Position numbers and translations under genes: made by a program. 64,000 nt of DNA, from contig CAYUTO010000004.1 of assembly GCA_964447765.1 (NCBI GenBank), positions 93,790 through 157,789 of the forward strand. The letters are read 5' to 3'. Shown here one piece after another: positions 18,433 to 28,163 of this stretch (within the stretch, counting starts at the first letter, position 1; every line of letters starts with the position of its first letter). The notes below the pieces were generated by a model that made no database searches, had not been told where the DNA came from, and worked only from the letters and a program-made list of their open reading frames with translations. The stretch is from an uncultured Gammaproteobacteria bacterium. Its GTDB lineage: Bacteria; Patescibacteriota; Patescibacteriia; Magasanikbacterales; UBA922.

Positions 18433-18461
18433 GGGGCAGGGTGCAAAAGCACTCTGCCCCC
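18433..18461 (+). terminator. GC-rich terminator hairpin gggggcagggtgc-aaaa-gcactctgccccc followed by an A/T tract
   Basis: 13-bp stem with one mismatch, directly after the PNP stop codon. Confidence 0.6.
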
Positions 18462-18564
18462 ATCAATTCATTATAAAAAAACAGAGCATTGAAGCTCTAT
18501 TTTTATTTTATCTACATTCAATTATTATCAAAGCTCCACGTCGTAGATAATGTTCGAACTTATT

Positions 18565-18897
18565 TTATGTCTTCTTCCACTGACCATCAATAAAGTCTGC
18601 GACATTATGGCCACCGACAGGAAAGCTGTCCGCATCATAAAAAACAACGTTAATAACACTATTTTTAGCTGATCCTTCTTTATAGTTACCTGCTCTCATA
18701 TATGTGTATTCTGATGTAGTACCGTCTTCCTCGGTAGTAGTAAGTTCTAATAAATAAAGACCTTTTTCATCTTCACGTCTTCTCGTTTCTTTATATTCTT
18801 TTTCTCCAATTATTTCTTTAACAATCGAAACTACTTCTTCTGACGAAGGGATATATTCTCTACTTCCTTCATAACCGCTTGGACCTGTTTCAGACAT
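18565..18897 (-). CDS. Hypothetical acidic protein (110 aa)
   Basis: ORF with native low-GC composition; no recognisable domain. Confidence 0.4.
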   Translation of the reverse strand: MSETGPSGYEGSREYIPSSEEVVSIVKEIIGEKEYKETRRREDEKGLYLLELTTTEEDGTTSEYTYMRAGNYKEGSAKNSVINVVFYDADSFPVGGHNVADFIDGQWKKT

Positions 18898-19003
18898 ATT
18901 GCATATATAAATAAATTAGCATGGTATAAATGTATCATACCAACTTAAAATAAAATATACGCTAAAAAAAATAATGACTTATTTAAGCCATTATTTTCAT
19001 CAG

Positions 19004-19075
19004 CTCCCAGACCTGGATTCGAACCAGGGACCCCCTCGTTAACAGCGAGGTGTTCTACCGCTGAACTATCTGGGA
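19004..19075 (-). tRNA. tRNA-Asn (anticodon GUU)
   Basis: Cloverleaf folds by hand: acceptor TCCCAGA/TCTGGGA, D-stem GTTC/GAAC, anticodon loop CTGTTAA, T-loop TTCGAAT; CCA not encoded. Confidence 0.8.
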
Positions 19076-19237
19076 ATATGTAAGAAAGAAAAATCCCGCA
19101 TCTCGCGGGTATTCATGTTCTTCTATTGCACACGAAAACCCATTACTTTCTGAAGTAATTATTGCAATTATTATTGTTATTCAAGTGGATTTTCATAGCC
19201 CATACGTTATATCATGGAGAAAACCTCACTGTCAAGA

Positions 19238-19268
19238 AACAAAAAACTCCCTTCATGGGAGTTTTTTG
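19238..19268 (-). terminator. Terminator hairpin aaaaactccc-ttca-tgggagttttt downstream of the SIMPL-domain gene
   Basis: Perfect GC-containing stem with flanking A/T runs. Confidence 0.6.
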
Positions 19269-19281
19269 TTTTAACGTAAAA

Positions 19282-20004
19282 CTACTTTACCCCAAATGAT
19301 GCACGTACCGTTGCCATCACCTCTTTTTCAATACTCGAAGTATCATATGAACCGTAATCAGATACTTCAATTGAATTTGGTGAGAGTACCTGAACTACTC
19401 CCTGACTTGCAGAGGTAAGAGCCCCTACACGAGAACCACTACTTTCAGCAATTTTTTCTGCTCGAGCTTTTGCATCCTTTACCGCGTCAGAGAGAAGATT
19501 CACTCGAAGATCGGCAAGCTTGGTATAGTAGTACTCCGTAGGAAATGTCGACATGACAGAACCAATAGAAACCTGCGTCTGAATATTTTTTGAGAGAGCG
19601 GTAACATTCTGAATATCAGTAGACTCAACAGTAAGTGTCTGGCGCACCGTATATCGACGAGGTGCATTGGAATCATAGCCATAATCCTGCTCAGTAAATA
19701 CTGATGAAAGCGTAATAGCAGAAGATGGGATGCTGTGATCTACAATCTCAGACTGAACAATAGATATATCTCTACTCAATGCGGTATACGCCTGATTGAG
19801 TTCAGATGCACTGGCTGTGCGAGAAAGCTGAATAGTCCACTTAACCAAATCTGAAGTCACCGAAGTCTTTGCTGATCCTGTAACCGAAAGAATACCCGGA
19901 TTAGCCACACGTGACGCGTAGAAAAAAATCGAAAATACGAGAGATGCTACAACCATCCCCACAGCAACTACTTTTGCCCCTTGCACAGAAATTTGTTCTG
20001 ACAT
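19282..20004 (-). CDS. SIMPL-domain (DUF541) periplasmic/outer-surface protein
   Basis: N-terminal TM/signal anchor, SIMPL-family pattern across the ORF. Confidence 0.65.
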   Translation of the reverse strand: MSEQISVQGAKVVAVGMVVASLVFSIFFYASRVANPGILSVTGSAKTSVTSDLVKWTIQLSRTASASELNQAYTALSRDISIVQSEIVDHSIPSSAITLSSVFTEQDYGYDSNAPRRYTVRQTLTVESTDIQNVTALSKNIQTQVSIGSVMSTFPTEYYYTKLADLRVNLLSDAVKDAKARAEKIAESSGSRVGALTSASQGVVQVLSPNSIEVSDYGSYDTSSIEKEVMATVRASFGVK

Positions 20005-20019
20005 ATACAGCGAATTAAA

Positions 20020-20463
20020 TTAATTAACTTTTTTATGAAAAATAAACCTATCCAATCCCCACCATTCTCCTACGCGCATGGTGAAGAAAAGTAACAACAC
20101 CAGTGAATAAATAACATGCTCGTCAACAATCAAGGCATGTGAATTGGGATAAGGGAAATCAAGAATAGCAAAATAGTACAGGAGCATAAGCAAAATACCC
20201 GGGATCGTACTCCATCGTACCAAAAGCCCAAGGATTAATGAGACACCAAGAAGGGTGAGCCCCCATGCATTGAGAAAATTAACCACAGGCAAAACTACAG
20301 GATGGAGAAACAATTCATACAACCATACAAAATTTTTAGCGCCCTTGATATATCCTTCTGCAGACCACGCAGGATCAAGCACCTTGGTAATCCCCGCATA
20401 AAACATAAACCACCCCATGGTAATACGGAGAACAACAAGTGAAATTTTTTGACGATGCGTCAT
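20020..20463 (-). CDS. DoxX-family membrane protein
   Basis: 4-TM protein with DoxX-like N-terminal helix pattern (ITMGWFMFYAGITK). Confidence 0.5.
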   Translation of the reverse strand: MTHRQKISLVVLRITMGWFMFYAGITKVLDPAWSAEGYIKGAKNFVWLYELFLHPVVLPVVNFLNAWGLTLLGVSLILGLLVRWSTIPGILLMLLYYFAILDFPYPNSHALIVDEHVIYSLVLLLFFTMRVGEWWGLDRFIFHKKVN

Positions 20464-20485
20464 AGTGTAATTGAGATAATTAAAC

Positions 20486-20511
20486 AACCCTCCCTTAATT
20501 AAGGGAGGGTT
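20486..20511 (-). terminator. Perfect palindrome aaccctccc-ttaattaa-gggagggtt downstream of trpS
   Basis: 9-bp GC-rich stem. Confidence 0.6.
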
Positions 20512-20586
20512 GGTAGGGGTCAAGATATGCACTTCTTAATCTCTGCCGATCATCCCCCAATCAAGGGGAAAATCGATTGATGATAC

Positions 20587-21573
20587 TTACCTGATACCGA
20601 TCATTTTCCGTACTTCCTGTAGAGTAGTTTGTGCTGTCATTGTCGCACGCTCCATCCCACTTGTCAATATCTCCGCAACCTCATCATGCCCCTGCATGAG
20701 CTCATCTCGACGAGCTCGAAAATCCGCAAAATACCCACCAATCGCTTTACCAAGTTCACTCTTCAAATCTCCATAGCGAATCGATCCATCTTTTTCTGCT
20801 TTCACAAATTGTGCATGCACTTTTTTATCTCCAAAAATCTTGAGTAATCCAAGTAGATTCTCAACTCCTGGTGAATGTGTTCCGCCCTCGGTCGCTGTTA
20901 CTGCTTTTTTTAATTTCTTCTCAATCACTGCAGGCTCATCCGCAAGCTCAATCACATGTCCTTCACCCAAAGACTTGCTCATTTTTTTCATTGGTTCAAG
21001 CAAACTCATAATTTTTGGAGTTTCCGTAAGGACATGTTTCACTTCAGGAAAAAATGTATCAAATTTTTTATTAAACCATCGAGCAATATCTCTGGTTAAT
21101 TCTACATGTTGTACTTGATCTTGTCCGACAGGAATATGTGTCGCTCGATACAACAAAATGTCTGCAGCCTGAAGAACAGGATACGTAAAAAGTCCAACAT
21201 TAATATTTTTTGCCTGGGTTTCAGATTTATCTTTGAACTGTGTCATACGTTCAAGCTCAGTAATGGGGGTGACGCAATTAAAAATCCAACCCAATTCAGT
21301 ATGTTGAGGAACATGTGATTGTACAAAAAAGGTAGATTTTTTGGGATCAATTCCTGCAGCCAATAATTCAGAAGCGGTTCGAAGAATCTGTGATTTCCTC
21401 TCACTAGCACTTCTTGTACCGGTAAGTGAATGCAGGTCTGCAATAAAAAAATAACAATCGTACTTTCCAGAATTCTGCAGATCTACCCAATTTTTTACTG
21501 CACCCAAATAATTTCCAATATGAAGATTTCCCGTCGGCTGGATACCAGATACAATAACCGGTCGTTTTGCCAT
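20587..21573 (-). CDS. trpS: Tryptophan--tRNA ligase
   Basis: HIGH-type motif TGNLHIGN and KMSKS motif present, class I TrpRS size. Confidence 0.9.
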   Translation of the reverse strand: MAKRPVIVSGIQPTGNLHIGNYLGAVKNWVDLQNSGKYDCYFFIADLHSLTGTRSASERKSQILRTASELLAAGIDPKKSTFFVQSHVPQHTELGWIFNCVTPITELERMTQFKDKSETQAKNINVGLFTYPVLQAADILLYRATHIPVGQDQVQHVELTRDIARWFNKKFDTFFPEVKHVLTETPKIMSLLEPMKKMSKSLGEGHVIELADEPAVIEKKLKKAVTATEGGTHSPGVENLLGLLKIFGDKKVHAQFVKAEKDGSIRYGDLKSELGKAIGGYFADFRARRDELMQGHDEVAEILTSGMERATMTAQTTLQEVRKMIGIR

Positions 21574-21628
21574 ACTAATACTAATTAAGATGAATCAAGT
21601 GTACTATAGTAGAGGCCTGTCTGTAAAA

Positions 21629-22777
21629 TTACTTTTTAAAATAAGTTGAAAGCGCCCGCAATCCACCTACCGTTTCTTCTTTATTTCCGCCATATGACAA
21701 TCGTACATACCCTTCGCACCCAAACACACTACCAGGTACCGTAGCTACTCCTGCTTCCCTCAAAACTCTCTCCGACCAGAAAACGGAAGATTCAGTCGTT
21801 GCACCAAAAATACTCAAAGGCACAAAAACATATAATCCTGCGACTGGCGCTTCAATTTCCACATGAAATAATTCTGTGATCAAACCAACACACATGTCTC
21901 TCCGAAATTTAAATTCTCGATTAATCAACGGACAAATTTCATCCCGATGCTTGAGTCCTTCCAGTAGTGCCCACTGACTAATAGTAGAGACACCACTCAC
22001 ACTTTGACTAAGCAATGCGGTGACTTTTTTTACTATTTCTACATTACCGGCAAGCATTCCAATACGCCATCCCGTCATACCAAAATTTTTAGAGGCGCTC
22101 TGTATAACATATACGCTATCCTGAAATTCTGTAAACGATCCACATGAGACAAACTCTCCTTCATACACCAGCCCACTATACACTTCATCCGAAATAACAA
22201 TTATCCCCTTCTCTTTTGCCCATGCGAGAATTGAGTACAACTCGTCTCGGGTATACAAAACTCCTGTCGGATTTGAAGCATTATTCAATACTAGCATTTT
22301 AGTCTGCGATGAATAAGTCGCTTCAAGTGCTTCAATATTCACTTTCCAATTATCTTCAGGCTGTGTCTCAACAAATTTGGAAATACCACCAAAAATACCA
22401 ATAATCGCAGGATACGATACCCAATAAGGAGAGATGACAAGTACTTCATCATCTCGCTCAAGAATGGTTTGTAACAAAAAATACAAGGCACTTTTTCCCC
22501 CTGGAGTAATCACCATATTTTGAGAATTATATGAACATCCATATGATTCAGATAACCATGACGCAATTTCAGTTCGTAATTCAGGAATACCAGCAGCAGG
22601 AGGATACGATGTTTTATCCTCATCAATTGATCGCTTTGCCGCATCCCTAATAATGTGAGGAGTTTCAATAACAGGCTCCCCTACACTCAAATTATAGATG
22701 GTCCGACCTTCAGCCTTTAATTTCTGAGCCAGCGCATTAATACTAATTGTTGGAGATTCGGGGATAATAAATGGCAT
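21629..22777 (-). CDS. Pyridoxal-phosphate-dependent aminotransferase, class I/II (aspartate aminotransferase family)
   Basis: Fold-type I aminotransferase pattern with the SASKNFGMTGWRIG lysine motif. Confidence 0.8.
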   Translation of the reverse strand: MPFIIPESPTISINALAQKLKAEGRTIYNLSVGEPVIETPHIIRDAAKRSIDEDKTSYPPAAGIPELRTEIASWLSESYGCSYNSQNMVITPGGKSALYFLLQTILERDDEVLVISPYWVSYPAIIGIFGGISKFVETQPEDNWKVNIEALEATYSSQTKMLVLNNASNPTGVLYTRDELYSILAWAKEKGIIVISDEVYSGLVYEGEFVSCGSFTEFQDSVYVIQSASKNFGMTGWRIGMLAGNVEIVKKVTALLSQSVSGVSTISQWALLEGLKHRDEICPLINREFKFRRDMCVGLITELFHVEIEAPVAGLYVFVPLSIFGATTESSVFWSERVLREAGVATVPGSVFGCEGYVRLSYGGNKEETVGGLRALSTYFKK

Positions 22778-22789
22778 AAATGAGTTATC

Positions 22790-22815
22790 AAAAAGCCCTC
22801 GTTGTGAGGGCTTTT
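22790..22815 (-). terminator. Hairpin aaaagccctc-gttgt-gagggctttt downstream of RNase J
   Basis: Perfect stem, flanking A/T runs. Confidence 0.6.
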
Positions 22816-22821
22816 AGTGTA

Positions 22822-24678
22822 TTACACTTCGATGACTACTGGCAAGATCATCGGACGTTTCTCAGTTTTTCCTGCCACATACTGTCCGATCTTATCTCGA
22901 ATGTCATTCTTGATCTGATTAGTATCAGCCCAACTCTTTGGATCTGATTCAGTAACCATTTTTTTAACCCGATTTCGAATTTCTTCGATCAAATCTCGAT
23001 TATCTTTGAGGAATACAAATCCACGTGAAATAATATCCGGGTTCTGGATAAGAGCACCAGATTTTGCATTGATCGTCGTAATCACGACAAGCATTCCGTC
23101 TTCTGCCAACACCTGTCGGTCACGAAGTACAATACTCTGACTATCGCTGATTCCCAATCCATCAACGAATACATAATCACTTGGAACTTTCTTTGCAAGC
23201 ATTTTTGCTCCTTCAGGAGTCACTTCAATAACTGATCCATTATCTGGAACAAATATTTTTTTATCTTCAAATCCATGAGCAATTGCCAGTTTACGAGCTT
23301 CTTTGAGGAAGTAATGATTTGCGTAAACGGGAATAAAATAGGTTGGTTTAACTTGAGTCAATACTTCACGGATATCCTGACGAGTCGCATGACCAGACAC
23401 ATGCACATCCATCAATTGTCCATGGATCACATTGTCACACTGACGATACATATTATCTTTCAATCGCTGAATTGATCGTTCGTTTCCTGGAATAATAGAC
23501 GATGAGAATACTACCGTATCAGTTGTTTTCAGCGTAATTGATTTGTGCTGTCTATTAACGATGCGCATAAGTACTGCATTCTCTTCCCCCTGTGCTCCCG
23601 TACACAAAACGACTACACGATTATCAGGATAATCTGCAATCTTTTTTACATCAATAAGTACTTCAGGTTTTATTTTGATATATCCAAGTTTCTTCGCCAT
23701 CTCTACATTCACCTTCATACTATATCCGTCGAGTGCCACTTTCTTGCCCAATTTTTCTGCAGCATCGAGTACCCATCGGATACGTTCAAGCTGTGAAGAG
23801 AATGTTCCGATAATAATACGCCCTGGCGCAGACGACATAATGCTCTGAAGATTGTTATACATTTCTTCATAGCTTTTTCCTCGGAATTCATGCACAACCC
23901 CCAAACTCTCAAGCATGAGAACGGTAGGTTTGGTAAGGTTTTGAAGCGGAGTATAATCAAGAGTTGGTTTTCCTTCTTTATCACGATCAAGAGTCCAGTC
24001 GCCAGGATGAATTGCAGTACCCGCTGCAGTTTCCACAATAACCCCAACCGCATCCATGATCGAATGTTCTACTTGGAAAAATTTGATCGTAAACGCGCCA
24101 AATTTCAAGACATCATCAATACCCTTAATACGAATCGTTTTCAATTTATCAGCACTACCTTTGCGATAATCTTCCTGCTTATGTTTGATCAACGCAAGCG
24201 TAAGATCGCGTCCAACAATGAGCGGATTATTCAACTGTTCAAGCAAAATTGGCGCAGCCCCGATATGATCCAAATGTCCGTGACTAAATATAACAGCCCG
24301 AATATTTTTCTTTTTATCCTGCAAGTATTTGGTGTTAGGAACGATATAGTCGATACCAGGCATGTCTTCTTCTGGGAATTGAATTCCCATGTCAAGAATA
24401 ATAATATCATCACCATACTCAAATACCGTCATGTTTCGACCGACTTCTTCACACCCACCAATCGGAATAATCCGAAGAGCTTTAGGATTTTTTTCATACC
24501 CCCCACTCTCTTCTCTCTTAAAAGAATTAAACTTACCCGAATTAACGGTTCGTCCGCCTCGAGAGTGCGGACGCCCCTGCGGACGTGAAGAGTTGCCACG
24601 TGTTGTTCGTGGAGCGTATCCACCACCTTGCGGACTTCTTCGTGGACTCTCCGTGCTCTGTGCCTGTGCATTCATCAT
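22822..24678 (-). CDS. rnj: Ribonuclease J with Arg/Gly-rich N-terminal extension
   Basis: Metallo-beta-lactamase HxHxDH motif FSHGHLDHIGA, beta-CASP and C-terminal domain; about 70-aa RG/RS-rich low-complexity N-terminus. Confidence 0.85.
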   Translation of the reverse strand: MMNAQAQSTESPRRSPQGGGYAPRTTRGNSSRPQGRPHSRGGRTVNSGKFNSFKREESGGYEKNPKALRIIPIGGCEEVGRNMTVFEYGDDIIILDMGIQFPEEDMPGIDYIVPNTKYLQDKKKNIRAVIFSHGHLDHIGAAPILLEQLNNPLIVGRDLTLALIKHKQEDYRKGSADKLKTIRIKGIDDVLKFGAFTIKFFQVEHSIMDAVGVIVETAAGTAIHPGDWTLDRDKEGKPTLDYTPLQNLTKPTVLMLESLGVVHEFRGKSYEEMYNNLQSIMSSAPGRIIIGTFSSQLERIRWVLDAAEKLGKKVALDGYSMKVNVEMAKKLGYIKIKPEVLIDVKKIADYPDNRVVVLCTGAQGEENAVLMRIVNRQHKSITLKTTDTVVFSSSIIPGNERSIQRLKDNMYRQCDNVIHGQLMDVHVSGHATRQDIREVLTQVKPTYFIPVYANHYFLKEARKLAIAHGFEDKKIFVPDNGSVIEVTPEGAKMLAKKVPSDYVFVDGLGISDSQSIVLRDRQVLAEDGMLVVITTINAKSGALIQNPDIISRGFVFLKDNRDLIEEIRNRVKKMVTESDPKSWADTNQIKNDIRDKIGQYVAGKTEKRPMILPVVIEV

Positions 24679-24858
24679 ACAAATAAACAATTACATTAAA
24701 TCATGTTACATGAAGTAATATGTACTGACGCTAATTTGCGTCTGTAGTACAAATAAATAAATTTTAAATTAAAGATACAATATACATGGAACAAGATACA
24801 CAATAAAAAAATTAAAGTAGAAATTTTGTATCGTATTCCATGTATGTTGTATCGTCTT

Positions 24859-24943
24859 TGGTGCCGATGGTGGGACTCGAACCCACAAGCCGCGAAGCAT
24901 GCGCACCTGAAGCGCACGTGTCTACCAATTTCACCACATCGGC
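24859..24943 (-). tRNA. tRNA-Leu (anticodon CAG), class II with long variable arm, CCA encoded
   Basis: Acceptor GCCGATG/CATCGGC, 3-bp D-stem, anticodon loop TTCAGGT, long variable arm, T-stem GTGGG/CCCAC; hand folded. Confidence 0.8.
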
Positions 24944-24962
24944 GTAAACCAATCAAAGTTTC

Positions 24963-26999
24963 CTACGAAGCTGGTTCACTAACTTTCTTAGTCCCCCACA
25001 CTTTTTTTTCTTGAATATACCAATCGAGAATATTAGTAAATCGATCAGCCGGCTTAGCAATCCGCTCAACGGAAAAACCTTTTACCTTATCAGTCAAAGC
25101 ATACGTGTAGGTTGGAGTATAGAGAAATACTGCAGGAGTATCAGCTACCAAAATATTTGAAAAATTCGTATACAATTCCGTAAGTTCTTCTGGATTACTA
25201 GAGACTCGAGCTTTTTCAAGTGTCTGATCAATATTCTTATTAGAGTACTGCGACAAATTCAACCCCGGATATCCGATCTGACTTGAATGCCAGAATGGAT
25301 ATTGATCTGGATCACTCCCAATAATAATTCCATATAAAAGCATGTCGTAATTTCGAGAACGAAGCACTTCGCGAGTAATATCCTGTGGATCTACCATTCG
25401 AACAGTCATCCGAATTCCAATTTCTTGAAAATACCCTGCGATAATATCAGCAATTTTTGAATATTCAGGTGTTGCAGCAGTTACCAATTCAAATCCAATT
25501 GCCACTTTCTTGTCTCCTCCTTTTTTATATCGATAAAACAATTGTGCAGGATTTAATTCACGATCCAATTCTTGCGAAATAGCCTCTCGAATTACCTCTT
25601 CATTGGAAAAAGTACTCGTGACAGTGCTCGCTGAATTTTCCGGAGGAGTCGCGGGAGTAGAAGTAGAAATATTTACATTATTTTCAACATTTTCTTGTGC
25701 AATCCGCACAGCAACACGTGCTTCGAGGAGTAGAGAACGATACTCTGCAGCAGATATGCGATCATACAGTTTATCAAGTCCTGTATTTGCTTCTTCAACT
25801 GAAAATTTTGTCGTGGTAGAAGATTCAGTAAATCCTGGGAAACCGGGTAATAATGGACCAGACATGATACGAGCTTCATTATCAAGTACGTCTGCCACAA
25901 TTCGATCTTTATCGATCGCAAGAGATAATGCGGCGCGAACATGTTTGTCCTTCAAAATTTCATTTTTCTGATTAAAGAAAAGTGCAGTGTACTGTGGCAA
26001 TTCAAGAGTATTTAATACAATATGCTTACGGAGAACCTTCTCTCTATACTCATAGGGTACAAAAGAAATTCCATCAATTTTTTGTTCACGAAGTGCCGTG
26101 ATAATACCTTGAGGACCATCGTAATCACTAAAAAATTGAAAAACAACTTCTTTTAAATACGCTGGATTTCGATAAAAATCTGCAAATCGCTCAAGTTCAA
26201 TCGATTCTACAAATCCATCAGAATTTTTTACCAATCGTTTAAACTGAAATCGACCCGTTCCGGTTGGCTGTAAATTCCTCTGCGCCAAACGTACTTGTGA
26301 AGCAGGAATTCCGGACCACGCATGTTTGGGAAGAATACCTACCGTAAGACTGGTTAAAAACGAAGGAAATGGTTCTTCAAGAGTAAACGATACAGTATAT
26401 TCATCAATTGCAGAAACGGTAGCTTTCTGAAATGTCACTCGGAGTGGACTTCCCACTTCTGGATCTTGTATCAACTCAAATGTATGAAGAACATCATCAG
26501 AAGTAAAAGGTTCGCCATCGTGCCAACGCACATTTTGTTTAAGTTCAAAAGTATATGTTTTATTATCCTCGCTCACTTCATACTTCACTGCAAGATCCGG
26601 AACCAATCGTCTTGCATCGTCGTAACGAAGCAATCCTGAATACACGAGAGATACAATGTCTTCGTCAACTTCATTAAGAGACGAAAACAACGGATTCAAT
26701 GATTGAGGAGAGCCAATAATTCCCTCTCGATACGTTCCCGCGACTTTTGGCACCGTAACGCGATATTCATTTGCAGCCACAACTCCAATAAGCCCAAGCG
26801 AACAAACAAACACTAACACTGCAACGAAAAATACGATCCGTTCGCGTATCGAAAGCACGTGACTTATCTGAAACAGTTGACGAGGGGCAGGAAAACGACG
26901 ACTCCGAAGACGTGAAAGCAGAGCTACATCGTGCAAGGAACGCGACTTCTTTTTTCCATTTCCTCCTCGTACTGCCTTTGCATCTTTTAAAAAAGGCAC
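24963..26999 (-). CDS. ABC transporter substrate-binding protein, family 5 (peptide/nickel type), N-terminally membrane anchored; no cognate permease nearby
   Basis: SBP_bac_5-like sequence (NVRWHDGEPFTSDDV...); N-terminal TM helix. Confidence 0.75.
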   Translation of the reverse strand: MPFLKDAKAVRGGNGKKKSRSLHDVALLSRLRSRRFPAPRQLFQISHVLSIRERIVFFVAVLVFVCSLGLIGVVAANEYRVTVPKVAGTYREGIIGSPQSLNPLFSSLNEVDEDIVSLVYSGLLRYDDARRLVPDLAVKYEVSEDNKTYTFELKQNVRWHDGEPFTSDDVLHTFELIQDPEVGSPLRVTFQKATVSAIDEYTVSFTLEEPFPSFLTSLTVGILPKHAWSGIPASQVRLAQRNLQPTGTGRFQFKRLVKNSDGFVESIELERFADFYRNPAYLKEVVFQFFSDYDGPQGIITALREQKIDGISFVPYEYREKVLRKHIVLNTLELPQYTALFFNQKNEILKDKHVRAALSLAIDKDRIVADVLDNEARIMSGPLLPGFPGFTESSTTTKFSVEEANTGLDKLYDRISAAEYRSLLLEARVAVRIAQENVENNVNISTSTPATPPENSASTVTSTFSNEEVIREAISQELDRELNPAQLFYRYKKGGDKKVAIGFELVTAATPEYSKIADIIAGYFQEIGIRMTVRMVDPQDITREVLRSRNYDMLLYGIIIGSDPDQYPFWHSSQIGYPGLNLSQYSNKNIDQTLEKARVSSNPEELTELYTNFSNILVADTPAVFLYTPTYTYALTDKVKGFSVERIAKPADRFTNILDWYIQEKKVWGTKKVSEPAS

Positions 27000-27036
27000 A
27001 CCAAAAGAGAAGTTTAAAACCTAACTAAATAAAATA

Positions 27037-27255
27037 CTAGACGATCACATTAACGAGAGCAATAGCAAAAAACAAAATAGAGAATGCAATAGTCATGTTA
27101 AAGAGGACACGGTCCACACCTCGGCGTGTAGTATACACACCGGTAGTACCCCCAAACGCACCTCCAATACCTGTTCCTTTTTGTTGTAATAAAATCGCAG
27201 TAACGAGTAATCCGGCCACCACGAGATTCGCAATTGAGAGTATAGTCGAAATCAT
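27037..27255 (-). CDS. secG: Preprotein translocase subunit SecG
   Basis: 72-aa two-TM protein with the Gly-rich loop QQKGTGIGGAFGG typical of SecG. Confidence 0.65.
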   Translation of the reverse strand: MISTILSIANLVVAGLLVTAILLQQKGTGIGGAFGGTTGVYTTRRGVDRVLFNMTIAFSILFFAIALVNVIV

Positions 27256-27414
27256 ATAACCATTTTCTAGAAGTATATCAGAATAATTGATCAGACAAAA
27301 CTGTATACCGTAGTCTACCAAAAACGAGAGTCTCTGTCAAGAATTAGAAAATAGAGAGCCCTTGGTAAAAATCAGTAAAAAGTGCTATAGTATGCCTAAC
27401 TTATACCACTTTAT

Positions 27415-28137
27415 ATGACCCCCAAAAGCTTAAAAATACTCGGATACTCCATCCTTACATTCCTAGGAATTATACTAATAATTTTTCTATACTTCTTTAT
27501 CTATTTTACCTGGCAATTAAAATACGGTTCCCCAGAGACCTTAGCCACCCTCACCCGCACTCTTGATGGTAGTTTCAGCAAAGAGGTGAATACAGACGCA
27601 CCGACATTCCGAACCGACTACCGATCCTTTATCCGCTCACACAATCCAACAATGGGTAATCCAGATGCCCCAGTAGAAGTAATTATGTTTATCGACTTTG
27701 AATGCCCCTACTGCCAGGCAAGTTTTCCTGTCTTCAAACAGGTTATGGATTCATTTGGTGATGGGGTGAGAGTAGTATTCAAACAATTCCCTCTTGAAAC
27801 CATCCACCCTAACGCCAGAAACGCTGCCGAAGCGAGTATGTGTGCCGAAGAACAAGACAAATTTTGGCAATTTTACGATCGAGCATTTAGTGTTAAAAGG
27901 CTTGACGAATCGTCACTTTACACGTATGCTGTTGAATCAGGTTTGAATGCGTTCGCTTTTGACGCTTGTTTTAAGGACAAAAAATACGCCAAATCCATAG
28001 ACCAAGACCTCACGGACGGAATAGAGCTCGGCGTACGCGGTACCCCCACCTACATTATCAATGGACAGTTTGTAGAGGGTGTAATCACACTGGATGAATG
28101 GAAAACACTCCTATTAGACATTTTGAATCAAAAATAA
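27415..28137 (+). CDS. DsbA-family thiol:disulfide oxidoreductase (membrane anchored)
   Basis: N-terminal TM helix and thioredoxin-fold CPYC active site (FECPYCQA). Confidence 0.7.
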   Translation: MTPKSLKILGYSILTFLGIILIIFLYFFIYFTWQLKYGSPETLATLTRTLDGSFSKEVNTDAPTFRTDYRSFIRSHNPTMGNPDAPVEVIMFIDFECPYCQASFPVFKQVMDSFGDGVRVVFKQFPLETIHPNARNAAEASMCAEEQDKFWQFYDRAFSVKRLDESSLYTYAVESGLNAFAFDACFKDKKYAKSIDQDLTDGIELGVRGTPTYIINGQFVEGVITLDEWKTLLLDILNQK

Positions 28138-28163
28138 TCATACCTCTTTATCCTTCAGACGCT

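Noticed and set aside
24696-24956. 86-aa ORF overlapping tRNA-Leu
   Set aside because: It is entirely explained by the tRNA gene and the AT-rich spacer; the translation has no protein-like features.
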